Assembly: GCF_009914755.1 (NCBI RefSeq)
Contig: NC_060933.1
Length of the DNA stretch: 64,000 nt
DNA from: the human T2T-CHM13v2.0 reference genome, Homo sapiens
Strand: one strand, 5' to 3'
The notes under the pieces are model-generated. The model was not told the origin of the DNA, ran no database searches, and saw only the letters and a list, made by a program, of their open reading frames with translations. Every line of letters starts with the position of its first letter. Position 1 is the first letter of the stretch. Both the position numbers and the translations under genes were made by a program. This document shows, piece after piece, positions 38,036-53,782 of this stretch.

Positions 38036-38330
38036 TACTAGGCATGGTGGCTCATGACGGTAATCCCAGCACTTTAAAAAGCTGTGGCAGAAAGATCACT
38101 TGAGGCCAGGAATTTGAGATCAGCCAGAGCAACATAATGAGACCCCCATCTCTAGAAAAAAAAATTTTTTTTAATTACCCGGGCATGGTGGCTCATGCCT
38201 GTAGACCCAGCTAGTTGGGATACTGAGGCAAAAGGATGGTTTGTACCAGAGTTCAGGGCTGCAGTGAATTATTATCACTGCACTTCTGCCTGGATGACAG
38301 AAAAGGATCCTATCTCAAAAAAACACAAAA
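38036..38330 (+). mobile_element. Alu (AluJ-like)
   Basis: Diverged dimer; gatcacttgaggccaggaatttgag. Confidence 0.9.
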
Positions 38331-38424
38331 TAATGAATTCTATAATTAAGGATTCTGATGTCATAAGCCCTTCCTTAAACTGCAAATGTTTTATGCTAAT
38401 TTGAATTGCATTTTAAGAAGTAAT

Positions 38425-40110
38425 GATTCTTGGGGTAAAGGCCATAGAATATGGCACCCAGAAATAAATCCACATATATCCAGCCAACTGATTTTGGACG
38501 AACATGCCAAGAACATACGTTGGAGAAAGGACAGCCTCTTCAAATGAATGGCACTGGGAAAACTAAATATCCATATGGAGAAGAATGATACTAGCTTCCT
38601 ATGTAACACCATATAACAACATAAACTCAGAATCGATTGAAGACTGAAATGTAAGGCCGAAAACTATCAAACCACTATAAGTAAATATAGGGAAAATGCT
38701 TGAGGACATTAGTCTGCACAAAGATTTTTATGGGTAAGACATGAGAAGCATAGGCAAACAACAAATCATAGATAAATGGTACTATATTAAGCTAAAGAGC
38801 TTCTGTCAGGCAAACAACTGAGTGAAAAGAAAACCTGCAGAATGGGAGAAAATATTGTCAAGCTATTCATCTAATAAGGGACTAATATACAAAATATACA
38901 AAAAAACTCAAACAACTTCACAGTAAAAAAAAAAATCTGAGTTTAAAATTGGGCAAAATATCTAACCATACTTTTCTTTAGAAAAAGAAATACAAATAGC
39001 CAATAAATAAATTTTAAAATGCTCAGTATCACTAATCCTCAGGGAAATACAAATCAAATCTACAATGTGATATAATCTCGCTTCAATTTGAATAAATTGC
39101 TATCATTGAAAAGACAAAAAAAATAACAAATGCTGGTGAGGCTCCAGAGAACAGTAAACACTTACATGCTGTTGGTGGGAAGGTAAATTAGTGCAGCCAC
39201 TATAGAGAACAACATGAGGTTTTCTCAAAAAACTAATAATGGGACTGCCGAGGGATCTAGCAACCACACTACTGGGTATTCAGGCAATAGAAAAGAAAAC
39301 AATAGATCAAAAAGATACCTGTCCTCATATGTGTACTGTAGCACTATTCACAACAGCTTGTGTATGGAATCAACCTACATGTCCATCACCAAATGAATGG
39401 ACGAAAAACTGTGGCACACAAACACAATGGAATACTATTCACCGTATAAAGGAATTAAATCCTGCTATTTGTGGCCACATGGATCAGTCTGAGGGATGTT
39501 ATGTTAAGTGCAGACACAGAAAGATAAATACTGCACATTCTTACTCATGTGTGGGAGCTAAAGGAAAATTGAGGGCTGGGCAATATGGCTGATGCCTGTA
39601 ATTTCCTAGCACTTTGTAAGACCAAGGCAGGAGAATCATTTGAGGCCAAAAGTTCCAGAGAACCCTGGGCAACATAGGGAGATATCTCCAGAAAGTAAAA
39701 AATCAGACAGGTGCAATAATGCATGCCCATAATCCCAGCTCTTCAGGAGGCTGAGGTGTGAGGATCACATGAGCCCAAGAATTTGAGGCTGCAGTGAACT
39801 ATGATCAAACCACTGTCTCCAGTCTGGGTGACTACAGTTGCCCAGAGCCCAGACTACACTAGCAAGACCCTGTCTCTTAACAACAAAAAAAAGCTCATAG
39901 AAGTAGGGGAGGGGAGGCTGGTTAATGGATACAGAATTATTGTATATTTTTAAAAAGCCAGAAGATTTTGAATGTTCACAATTCAAAGAAATGAAAAATG
40001 GTTGAAGTAGTAAATGTGCTAGTTAGCTTGATCATTACACACTATATACATGTATAAAAATATCACTCTATAGCCCATAATTATGTATATATGTGTCAAT
40101 TAAAACAAGA
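38425..40110 (+). mobile_element. L1 (L1MA-like) ORF2 3' region and 3'UTR, interrupted by an Alu
   Basis: ccagaaataaatccacatatatccagccaactgattttggac; aacaaatgctggtgagg; ORF2 C-terminal remnant KDTCPHMCTVALFTTACVWNQPTCPSPNEW. Confidence 0.88.
39574..39893 (+). mobile_element. Alu (AluJ-like) nested in L1
   Basis: ggatcacatgagcccaagaatttgaggctgcagtgaactatgatc. Confidence 0.88.
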
Positions 40111-40129
40111 GAAGCTACATTCATCCCAT

Positions 40130-40525
40130 TTAAAAAACAGAATATGGGCCAGCCTTACTGACTTCCTTCTAATGAGTAGAATGTAGTGAAAGGGATACCA
40201 TGTGGCTTCCCTATTTCAGACTGTTTTCCCTTGGAACCCAGCTCCAATTGTGAGAGCCATCAGGCCACAAAGAGAGCCTGAAAGTGCCTGTGTCAGTGTT
40301 CATGCTGCTGTCCCAACCAAGTTTACAGCCGCTGGCCAGCATCAACCATCAAACATGTGGGAGAGCAAAGCTTCAGAGGATTCCATTTCCCCAACTGATC
40401 AGCTGTTCGTAGGGAAGCTGAAGGGAGCAGAGACAAGCTGTCCTGGCCAAGTTTTTCCCAAACCACTGGTTCATGAACAAAATAAATGTTTTTCTTTCAA
40501 GCCACAAGACTCTGGGTAATTGTTA
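40130..40525 (+). mobile_element. MLT1-type MaLR LTR fragment
   Basis: ttggaacccagc...aaataaatgtttttctttcaagccac...gggtaattgtta is typical of MLT1 3' ends. Confidence 0.6.
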
Positions 40526-41859
40526 GAAAAATAACTTTTAAAAAGAGACAACAGGAAACATAACTTATGCAGCAGAAAAGTCTCCTTTAAAGTAGGATCT
40601 AATAAATGTTGAGATTTATTTATTGATGTCAAACATTATTGAGAAGCAGCAGATAACCAGGAGAGAGACATAAGCTGCTGAGGAGGAAATTTTCCTAAAA
40701 CTCCTTCAATTATGGACTCTGATAACAAGGCAAGTGTGTCTCTTTACAATTTCCCCTCAAGTTAGGAAATAAGACTGGGAAGCAAGAAGATGTATGATTT
40801 GAAAAACAACTAGAAATACTTGGTGACATAGCCCAAATCAGACATTTACCTGATTTCAATTAACTAAAATTCTAAAAGAAGGAGTTTTGAGTATTTATTA
40901 ATCAACCTAGTATTCAATTTTCATTTTCTTTTCTAAATGAGGAAATAAGGAGAACATTATGGAATGATTTTTAGTCTTCACAGAAGTAAAATAAGCATAG
41001 TGTGTTTTGAGTGTTAAGACTTCAAATGCAATTTCTCCTTTACCTTACTCCAAGCTTGTTTCTATGGAGAAGTAAAGACCATCTCTTCTCTGTTATGCCA
41101 CAATGCTTCTCTATAGCACACAACTTGGCTCTGAAATTTTGAAAGTCAAAATACTAATCTACTATGTGTCTCTGATAAATTGCCTGAACGTTACCTGATT
41201 TTGAAGTGCTGCACTCCTAAGACTTTTTCTTGGAATGAGTTAAACGTTTTATTCTAAGAATCCTCTACTGAGCTAGAAAGCAGAGCTGTGCATCTCTGTT
41301 TCAATAAAACGAGATCAATACAGGGAACTGTGGTTTCTGAGAATGCAAGATCTGCACCAAGAAAAGGATTAGCCACAGTGCTACCCAAGAGAACCAGCTG
41401 CCAGATGGAAAGAGGGTCTGTAAACTGCAAGATGATGACTTCACTTGATTTCCACTGAGGAAAGCTGGCGGCTCAGACTTAAACTTCTCCTTCCTAGATG
41501 GTAAACATCTATGGAAGGTTCTATAAATTATAATGAGTAAGTAAAACATAATACACTAAATATTAGACTATGTCAGCAGATCCTGTGACCAAAACTTACT
41601 GAAAATATAACTATAGTGGGAGGCAATGTAAAAGAGACTAAAGGTTTGAATGGAGAAAAAAAGAAATTAAGTGTGTCTTGCAAGCCTGGCTTCTGACCAT
41701 GTCTTAGAGGAAGTAAGGTATAAGCTGGCAAGAGACTCCTTTGTGACACAAAAGGTGAAGTTACAGATATTCCACTAAATTTAATTTTTATTATGACATA
41801 AGACAACTGGTAATATGCAACATGATTGAAGAAAACTTCTCATTCAATTTGATTTGGCC

Positions 41860-43640
41860 TTGACATAAGAATAGACATAAACAAGCTAAGAATTGATAAC
41901 CTAAAAATAAGCCTGCACATTTACAGTCAATTGATTTTATAAAAGCTTAACAAAAGAACAAAATGGGAAAAGAACAGTCTTTTCAACAAATGGTGCTGGG
42001 ACAACTAGGTATCCATATGCAAAAAATAAAGTTTGACCAAATATCTTATTTAAAAATTAATTCAAAATAAAACAGTTAACTCTAACAGCTAAAACTATAA
42101 AAACCCCAGAAGAAAACACTGGCATAAATCTTTGTGACTGCATTTGGCAGTGTTTTCTTAGCTATGACTCCAAAGGAAAAATGGATTCAATGGACTTCAA
42201 TATTGAAAACTGCTGTGCCTGGGAAGACAGCACCAAGAAGTGAAAAGGTAAGATGCCAAGTAGAAGAAAGTATTTGAAAAGCGTATATCTGATAAGGGAC
42301 TTTCATATATAGGAAATATAAATAACTCTTGCAATTAATAAACAACAAGATAACCCAATTTTAAAAAATGGGCAAAGATTTTGAATAGATATATCTGCAA
42401 AGAAGATATAAAGATGGATAAGCACATTAATAGATACTTAATGTAATTAGTCATTAGGAAAATGTAAATCAAAACCATATGTGGTATCACTTCACACCAC
42501 AGGATAAAATCTTTGTTCAAGAAAAAAGAGTAAGTGTTAGAAAAAATGTAAAGAAATTAAAACCCTTATCTAATGCTGCTGGGAATGTAAAGTGATGCAG
42601 CCACTTTGGAAAACAAACTGGCAGCTTCTTAAAAGGTTAAGCATGAAGTTACCATATGACCCAGAAATTCCAGTCATAAGTATACGCTCCAGAAAAATAA
42701 AAACATACGCAAGCACAAAAACTCATACATAAATGTTTACAGCAGCATTATTAATAGGAGTCAAAAAGTGGAAAGAACAATAACGTGTATCACCTTTGGG
42801 TGGGAGAGAACCCAAAGTTCCATCACCTGGCCAATGGATAAATAAAATGTTTGATATATCCATACAATGGAATATTACTCAGCAATAAGAAGAAATTAAG
42901 TACAGATACTCTATTAGGAGGAGACAGCAAAATGCCTAGGCAGAAACGGAAGGGTCCGTGGAGAATCTCCAACCAGCCCCACAAGTGTTTACACCAGATG
43001 TTATGTGCAGATGAGGGAACCTGGACTTGTCTTGCCTGGACACGCCCGCAGCAGACTGGAGGCCCACATGCACTAGGGGAATGGGGTGGAGTCACCAGGA
43101 ATTCACGCCTTATGCAGAGGAGGAGCCTGGCCGCTTCAGCTCATGTGCTTCTGGTATTCAATTTTGAGGTGGAAACCTGTTTGCAGGACCCCTCTGTTTG
43201 CTGAGAGCTTTCCTTTCACATAATAAATTCTGTCCTCTTCAATGTGTCTGCATGCTTAATTTTTCCTGGTCATGAGAGAAGAACCCAGGTGTAGCTGAAC
43301 TAAGGAGCAAAAAACCAGCATCAATACCTGCTACAGCACAGATGCAGCATGAAAAATTATGCTAAGTGAAATAAGCCAGTCACAGCAGACCACTTGCTTT
43401 TTATTTCAGAGGCTTATAGGCGAATGTATACAAAGAAGGTGGGTGGTTCCCTAGGGCTGAAGGAAGACGGGAAAACTAGTGAAGATGGCTAAATGATGTG
43501 GGGTTTGTTTTTAGGGTGATGAAAATGTTCTAAAATTGATTGTAATGATGACTGCATAACTCTCTGAAAATATTAAAGTTAATGAATTGTATATTTTAAA
43601 TGAGTGAATTACATGGTATGTTCATTATTTCTCAGTAAAC
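41860..43640 (+). mobile_element. L1 (L1MB-like) 3' fragment, interrupted by a solo LTR
   Basis: agtcttttcaacaaatggtgctgggacaac; tatatccatacaatggaatattactcagcaata; gggtgatgaaaatgttctaaaattgattg. Confidence 0.88.
42910..43323 (+). mobile_element. ERV1 solo LTR (MER61-like)
   Basis: aaatgcctaggcaga start and gctgaactaaggagcaaaaa...catca end; AATAAA near 43222; 4-bp TSD atac (42906-42909 and 43324-43327). Confidence 0.75.
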
Positions 43641-43879
43641 CTATTACCACCCACCCCAAATTAATTTGGTACTAGTGATTTTCGTACTAGTGATCTGGAG
43701 ACAGGTACTGCTTGGTTTCAGATCACTGGGCAGGGTTCAAGGCCTAAGAGAATCAACAACATGTCCTTTTTATAGAAAAAGAGATTTATATTTTAAAAGC
43801 TATCCTTTTCATTAGTATCAAGTCTGTAAAATTAAATGAAAAATCTTTCTTTCACTGCTTGAAGCACGGACAGATTTAT

Positions 43880-44240
43880 AATGAGGAATAAGACCTTGTT
43901 TTCTTTGGCCCCAATTTCTATCTAAAGGGTCTGGGAATCACACCCTTCAAACTATCAAATCTCATCAGATGGGTTTTATTAACTCTTATTATGTGGCTTC
44001 CTTTCTAACCTGATTCTGGTGCAGTATCACAAAGAAGCTGAAGGAAATCAAAATATTTTACCCCTAAATATTTTTTGACATATTTTGAAATGGCTGCTGC
44101 AGGGCCAAGATATTGAAATGGCCCTCATTAATGTAGCCCAATCTCTCCCCTTCTAGGTCTTCCCAGATCTGGGGAAGATTAACTAAGAGCCTGAGGCATT
44201 TAAAGTCTGAAAAGATATATTTACCCTCTATTTTCTCAAC
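43880..44240 (+). mobile_element. ERV1 LTR fragment (MER34/MER39-like)
   Basis: aaatattttacccctaaatattttttgacatattttgaaatggc motif. Confidence 0.55.
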
Positions 44241-44344
44241 ATATTTTGGCAGAATTTGGGTTTTTCCATTATCAATATTTTCCAAAATTACGTGATTTTT
44301 AATACAAAAACTGATTTAAAATTACCATACGTTGGAATATAAAT

Positions 44345-44993
<649 letters not shown>

Positions 44994-45207
44994 TCAAGTA
45001 TTTTTAAGAGTAAATATTTAATCATTGTTTAAACATATATTATGTTATGGCATATCAAAGAAACAAATCTATGCACTATGTTCCTTTCAGTTTCAACTGA
45101 ACATAGTTTGAAAGCATTCTATATGAAATTATAATCTTAGGTAAATAATATGAAGACCAATTTTATGGCATATATGGCAGGTAAAGTAATATTAAAACCA
45201 TACAGTG

Positions 45208-45548
<341 letters not shown>

Positions 45549-46442
45549 TAGGTAAAATAACCTATTACTAAATATAAGCCATAACCCACAGATGAGTAAC
45601 CAAGATAAAAAAGTAAAACACATACATTTGAAAAAGACACAAAAATACACTTTGATACCCATTGACCACAGTCTATCAGAAGAAAAAAAAGTACACACAC
45701 AAAGCATCAAGGAGATCATTCAATGTAGAAAAAGAGAAGAAAACATCTTTAATATCTGAGTTGAGGAGAAAAAGGAAACAGGCAGTTTTAGAAAAAAGGA
45801 AAGGGGCAGAGAGATGTGAGACGATATAAAGACTTTGAAGAAGAGATCTAGACATCTTTGCTGACATAATGTCAACAAAATGAAAGAGATACAAAACCAT
45901 GTAGAGAAAGGCAATGACAGAAAGCTGTTGATTAGAATCTGAAAACCAAATTAAGTGCTCAGTAAATAAATAGAAAAGTAGCTGTGTTCAAGGCTTCAAA
46001 GACAGATTCCATTGTTTTAAAAAAAAACGTGTGATCAAAACTTGAATGTTCATTTTTCTTTTTCTTCAAGTTATACATATATTTTATATATATGAAATTT
46101 ATTTATGTAAAACAAGTTTAACGTGTATACTTCATGTATACAAAAGAGGTACTCATGTACAATGAGTAAATTTCCATGATATGTTTTATAACTAAAAGAA
46201 AAAGAAGCAGAAACAAAATATAAGCTACATATCAAGATAAATTTGATGTTAAAGAATGACACAAACAGGTCTTCTTTAAAGAATTTGAATGCAGCAGAGG
46301 ATACTACAAAAGGAAGAAAAAATGACCACAGACAGCAAAAAATATCTTCAGAAATAAAAATTCAAACTAAATAATGAAGAGTGCACTGGACATTATATGT
46401 CCGAGGCTTGGTTATTGTTTTCAAAATCATTAAAGAATAAGT

Positions 46443-46723
46443 GGCTGGGCATGGTGGCTCACGTCGCTTTGGGAGGCCGAGGTGGGCAGGTCACGTGGTC
46501 AGGAATTCGAGACCAGCCTGACCAACCTGGCAAAACCCCGTCTCTAGTAAAAATACAAAAATTAGCCGGGCGTGGTGGCACATGCCTGTAATGCCAGCTA
46601 CTCAGGAGGCTGAGGCAGGAAAATTGCTTGGAGGCATAGGTTGCAGTGAGCGAAGACTGTGCCATTGCACTCCAGCCTGGGAAACAGAGCCAGACTCTTT
46701 CTCAAAAAAAAAAAAAAAAAAAA
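46443..46723 (+). mobile_element. Alu (AluS-like) with small internal deletions
   Basis: ggctgggcatggtggctcac...A tail; ctgtaatcccagca missing from the left arm. Confidence 0.95.
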
Positions 46724-46964
46724 GCATATTTTGGCATTCAAAAAAAATTTCACCTTGCCCCAGCAGCTCAGCTGACTCCTGACCCCCTGACACACATGTC
46801 TAAAAAGTTGTGTTGTGAGTTTCTGAAATACATTTTAAAATAGAATTAATTTAATTATGAAAATGTAAACTTAAAATGAATTTGTATCTAGGTTTTAGTC
46901 AAGTAAAATTAGAGTTAAGCCAATTAATAAGTGGTTAACATGTTCTACAATATGAAAACCATAC

Positions 46965-47131
<167 letters not shown>

Positions 47132-47860
47132 TCAAAAATATTATTTCTCATAAGTGGATGAGTAATATGTATTTAGGCAGGTATATAAAGTGCATTTTAT
47201 AAACCTGATGCCAATAAGGGCAGATTTCAAAAACAGTCACTTTTCTTAAAACTGCTAAAAATGATTCAAATTTTCATCATTAACTTATCTGAAATTTAAA
47301 CTGCTAAAATCTTTGTTACAAATGAAGGTTTTTACACACAAAATACTAAGGGTTAGTAAAAAAAAGAGTAGTTATATTTACATTTTAGTTTTTAAAGATG
47401 CTTTAGAAACATTGTCTTTAATAGTTTAAGATATTCCAAGAAGTTTTCTTAAATTACATCTTACTAAGACAATTTTTAGAAAACTCTTATCTAGTTCCCA
47501 TTACATTTTTGATCCTCATCTGTCTTCAGGCTGAGCTAAATACTGTCATTCTAAGTATTCGCCCATAGGTTTCAGTTTTTCCCTTTCTCTTAACCATTTC
47601 TCTTTAAATAAAGTTTATTTTTTCTATAATCAACAAAAACAACTTTTGTCTACTTTTTGTGGCTTTTCTAATATCCTGTTTCTCCCCTTCCATTGGACTC
47701 TATGACACATGATCTCATTCAGAAATCCATTTTTCATCACTTATTGTGTTTTTTATTCTGAAATCTGATTTTTAATAATTCCAATATAGAAGTCCAAGGG
47801 TCATGGAGGACTTTATCCTGCTTTGCTCAGCAGAGCAGTGACCAAATGCTCCCTCTGCTC

Positions 47861-48487
<627 letters not shown>

Positions 48488-48672
48488 GGCTATTTCTCTT
48501 TTTAAATTCTCTCAGGACTCCTAAAATCTCAAAACTTTGACCTAGATTCCCTAATCTACATTTCCAGCTCTGACCATTTTCTTGAGGTCTCTTCCTTCTA
48601 ACATACATATTATAGACAATATTCTCAACCACATGCTCATACATTGCTAATTGGTGCAGATTACTTTTGTAG

Positions 48673-49179
<507 letters not shown>

Positions 49180-49567
49180 TGAGAATCAGATTATCACTTG
49201 TTTGCCTTTGTTTTCTTTTAGAGAAATTCCTTTTCATAGAGATATGGCACGATGAAATTCTTGTTCTAAAGTTTCTTTTGGGGAACACTTAACTATGTCA
49301 TTGGGAAGCTTCAGTAAGTAGAGATCTCCCTTCTTCCCACTCCAGATTCTTCATCTCAAAATGGTGTCCACCAAATGTCTTAATCTAGGTAGTCTCTTGT
49401 TTAGAAATTCATGAAATAAGAACCTTCTCGAGAAGTTGGAGGTTATTGATTGAGATGGTTTAAAGCTGCCCCTTATTATATGTTTTACTCCCAAGGTAGA
49501 CACCAAAGTGGCTAATAACTCTATGATTGATGCCTAACTCACTTCTATGGGAATCTATACAAAACGT

Positions 49568-49841
49568 TTGATTTATGAGACAGAGTCTCCCTCTGTTACC
49601 CAGGCTGGAGTGCAGTGGCTTGATCACCATTCACTACAGCCTCAATATTCCAAGCTCAAACGACCCTCCTACCACAGCCTCCCAGTGTAGCTGGGACTAC
49701 AGGCATGCCCCACCATGCCTCAGCTAAGTGTTTAAATTTTTTTTTTTTTTTTTTTTTTTTTAGAGACAGGGTCTCACTATATTGTTCTGGCTGGTCTCAA
49801 ACTCATGGGCTCAAGCGATCCTCCTGCCGCAGCATTCCCAA
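49568..49841 (-). mobile_element. Alu (AluJ-like), 5'-truncated
   Basis: gagacagggtctcactatattg...gggctcaagcgatcctcctgcc. Confidence 0.9.
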
Positions 49842-50934
49842 ACCTGGTGTTTAACTGGGGACTAACATGAAGCACTTAGAAGACTACATAGAACATAGTG
49901 AGCTACATAAAATATTTGCTATTAGCATAATAATTTTATTATATATCTTAACAAAATTGTGTATGTTAGGCAGGTGGCATGCCAATGGAAGTACTCTCCT
50001 ATAGCTGCTCTGAATCATTCTTACCACTGAGAGTTGCAGCAAATGGGGGACATAATTTATAACTTACTTTTCTTTCTGTATGACTCATTTGGCAATGACT
50101 ATATATGTACTACAATGTAAACAGCACCTCCTGGATTGAATAGTACATAACTGACATGACCAGCAAAGACAGGCTAAAGACACTGAGCTGAAAACCCTGG
50201 ACTCTATTGCTAAATCAAGGCTCCTGAATCCTTTCCCTCTGAGCAACTGTTTCTGTGGTGTTGCCTTCACAAGCACTCTGCTGAGCACTGAGAGTGAGGG
50301 GCTGTGCTATCCTTCATCAGAGAAGCTGCAGCCAGAACTGTTCAGCTGACAAACTGGTAGCAGTCCAGAAACACAGTTCTGCTGCATAGTGAAAAAAGGC
50401 TGATTTAGATTCTTTTTCATAGAGAGAAAAACATAAACATGTGATTGAACGCGTCTCCTGTATTAGACTAATTGGTTTAGATTTGATATTTAATTACTAA
50501 CATTACACTTAGTATATAAACCTTACTGTGTCAAGGTCTCAAAGAAGAAATAATTGGTATGGTACAAAGTATTGAATTGTATGCTACAAACTTCTAAGCT
50601 AAAATATTTTCAATGTATGCAAGGATAGGTGGCATACATATTATATATTATTCCCCCATTAAGCAAATTTATAATGAGAGAAAATTATCTTCCATAAAAA
50701 AATAAAAGCCATGTAAAATTAAGGACTAAGTTTTTCTGCACAGACTAGACAACGATTGCTAACACATAAGGTCAATGAGAGAACAGTCAGAGAAAGCTTC
50801 ATGAAAACAATAAATTGCCACGTCTGAGTGAATGAGGCTAGATGAACAGAAACTGAGAAGGCAGAAAGAATAGCATGAGCAAGACAAGTGCTGAAATCTG
50901 CCCAATTAACTCTGAGGATAAAGTCCAATGACAG

Positions 50935-51435
50935 AGAAATAAAAACCCGTGTCCACATAATAACCTGTAAGTGAATGTTCGCAGCAGCATTTTTCATAAG
51001 AGCTAAAAAGTGGAAACTAACCTAAAGGTCCATCAACCGATGAATGAATGGAAAACCAGTATAGCCATGGAATAGAATATCATTTAACTATAAGAAGAAA
51101 TAAACTACCAATGTGTACTAAAATATGCATGAATTCTGAAAACACTATGCTAAGTGAAAAAGCCAGTCACAAAGGACTACATATTGTATAACTCTATGTA
51201 TATGAAATATGCAGAACAGGCAAACATATGGAGACAAAAGTAGATAGATGGTGGTTGCCTACAACAGGCGTAGGTGGAGGGACATGGAGGAAGGCTGCAG
51301 TCATGCCTAGGAGATGTGGGGTTGCTTTTCAGGGTGATGAAAATGCTGTGAATATACTAATAGATACTGAGTTGTACATTTTAAATGGTTGAACTCTCTG
51401 AAATGTGAATGATATCTCAGTGAAACTGTTTTGAA
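50935..51435 (+). mobile_element. L1 (L1MB-like) 3' end
   Basis: gaatgttcgcagcagcatttttcataagagctaaaaagtggaaac; tatgctaagtgaaaaagccagtcacaaagg. Confidence 0.85.
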
Positions 51436-52081
51436 AATCCAAAGGCAGGATCAAGATAATTTTCTCAACTCTCAATTTTTGATGTACATGCTGTATCAAA
51501 TCTAAATATTTCTAGAGTTTTATAGTATATTTTAAATAAAAGATAAATAAAGAAAATGCCTAAATTTTCAAATAGTTTGTAAATTAACCTAAAACATGCA
51601 CATTTCAAAGAATGGTATAATGGCCTTTCTGTACAAGTTAACCTACAATCTGTGAAATAAATAGACACAGATTCAGTGTCCATTCACAAAAGTGAAGAAA
51701 CAAGACAATTTTCTGGAACTTTCCATGAAACATTTTCCTCTGATTTTATCTGGCCTGCCTCATCAGAGCAATACAAATTTACCTAAAAATACTGTTTTAA
51801 CAGGAAAAAAGTCAGTTTTCTATGAGGAATGATGTATAATTCTCAACTTTTCCAAGGGTACATATTGTAACAGAAAAGGTATGCAATGGTTTTTCAAAAT
51901 GGTAGAATGAAAGTCACAATATAAAAAAAATAATAAGTACATTATAAAGATAGTAAAATGGAAATAATTCTTTGTAATGAAACTAAAAAATCAAGCTTCT
52001 GCCAAAATTAGTATCCTAAAACACGTTATATAATTCAACTAGATACAGAATAAGAGTTGACATGTTAAATTCCATACATAC

Positions 52082-52231
52082 TTGACTTTTCACTTGAAAT
52101 AATTTCTTCTTTGGGGCCTGTGTCTCATCCAAATTAATGTGATAATGTGATATACCTTCCAGTGGAGACTCTAACATAGTTAATTTTTTTAGGCTGTCAG
52201 CTGCTTCTTGTTGAAGTTGTCTCACAACTAC
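52082..52231 (-). pseudogene. ANKRD18/20-family exon (VVVRQLQQEAADSLKKLTMLESPLEG...FQVKSQ)
   Basis: ttttctcag|gtagttgtg...agtcaa|gtatgt; 150 bp; ORF 52016..52225-. Confidence 0.9.
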
Positions 52232-53379
52232 CTGAGAAAATATTTTTGTTACTGATTTTATAAATTGCCTTATTATTAAATTATGTTAATAATATTTAAC
52301 TCTAACATACCAACTTTGAAAATTATCACCACACATATCAATTCACCTTCTTTTAATCACATGTACACATTTTTATTTATTACTGAATTCAGTGAGGGAT
52401 GCAGAATATGTTCTCTTCCTGCCAAATTGTTATTCTCTTACTTACACAACAGATTCATCCCACCATTCAATCACCTTAGAAGCTCAACTCAACCTCAAAG
52501 TTCCTGACATATTCAATCACCTGTTCAAATCCTTCCAACAGATTCCTATCTCAGAATAAAAGTAAAATTCCAATGGCCTTTGAGGCCCTAGGTAAACAGG
52601 CCTCTACCTCCCTCTCTGACTTCAAAGCTCCTACAACTCCCACCTGTAATTATTCCATTCCCACTGTACTTGAAGCCTGCCACCCCTCAGCCTGAAAATG
52701 GGGATCTAATGCCTAACTCATAAATCACAGGCAGCTACAAGTATCTTTGTACTGAACAAAATTATATTCCAATGATACTCATTGAGCCTCACAATAAAAA
52801 TTATGAGCTAATTATTAACATAGTCAAAGTAAACAATAAATACCAGTGGGAAGACTAAACCAAATATACTTTGGCGAATTATTACCACATTTATCCTAAA
52901 TTATGATTTTATGACAAGTAGGTGCCTTTAAAACATTACGTAGTCTTAAAAATACGTAATTTGACATATTTTAAAATTTTTTAAATTAATATGAATAATA
53001 ACAAAGATATACCAACAAAAATACATAAAAAGCTACTTAAAGCAAGGTATTACAAGACACAGCAATACACTTCAGTTCATCTGGGAAATCTAGAATTAAG
53101 TGTCAAAGAAAATCACTTAATTAAATTTTAATTTGAAAATACTCATTTCAGGTGTAAACATTTCCATTCATACCTACATTATGGTCTTAACATGTGGCAA
53201 CATAAAGTCATTAAAATTATTATTTCAGCAGTACAGAACTATCTACCTTAAAATATGACTCTGTGCCTAATAAAATTTCATAGGTGACACAATGTCTTTT
53301 CTCAAAGTAAATCATCTCTCACCTCTACCTTTTATTTCCTAGAAATGAGGCATGTTTCTAAGCTGATATAGTAAACACA

Positions 53380-53660
53380 TTTTTCCTTTTTTTATTAAAA
53401 CAGCTTTGTTGAAATATAGTTTACATACTATAGAATGTATCTGTTTTAACTTAAAGTTAAAAGATTTTTAGTCCATTTACTGAGTTGTGCAGCCATCTCT
53501 ACAATCCAGCTTTACAGCATTTCCATCACTGCAAGATCCCTCACGCCCATTAGCAGTCACTACCAGCTTCCAGTCCCAGCCCTTTGCAAACATTAATCTA
53601 CTTTTTGTCCCTATACGTTTATCTTTTCTGGATGCTTCATGTAAATGCAATTATACAGTA
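53380..53660 (-). mobile_element. L1M 3'-end fragment, sense to the ANKRD gene
   Basis: aacagctttgttgaaatatagtttacatac...gagttgtgcagccatc...aatctactttttgtccctat; AATAAA on the minus strand at 53391-53396. Confidence 0.8.
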
Positions 53661-53782
53661 TGGTAAACACACTTTTTAATCTATTGATTTTTATATTCAA
53701 CTAAGTTCAACATGTATCCAGAACCAAATGTTTAAATTTTCTTTCTAGAAGTTTGAAAATATTTATCTTCCTTGATACTTAC

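Noticed and set aside
45560-46430. Hydrophobic 60-75-aa ORFs as membrane peptides or extra ANKRD exons
   Set aside because: They are the antisense reading of purine-rich sequence, probably an old L1/HAL1 remnant that I cannot assign; no splice context or family similarity.
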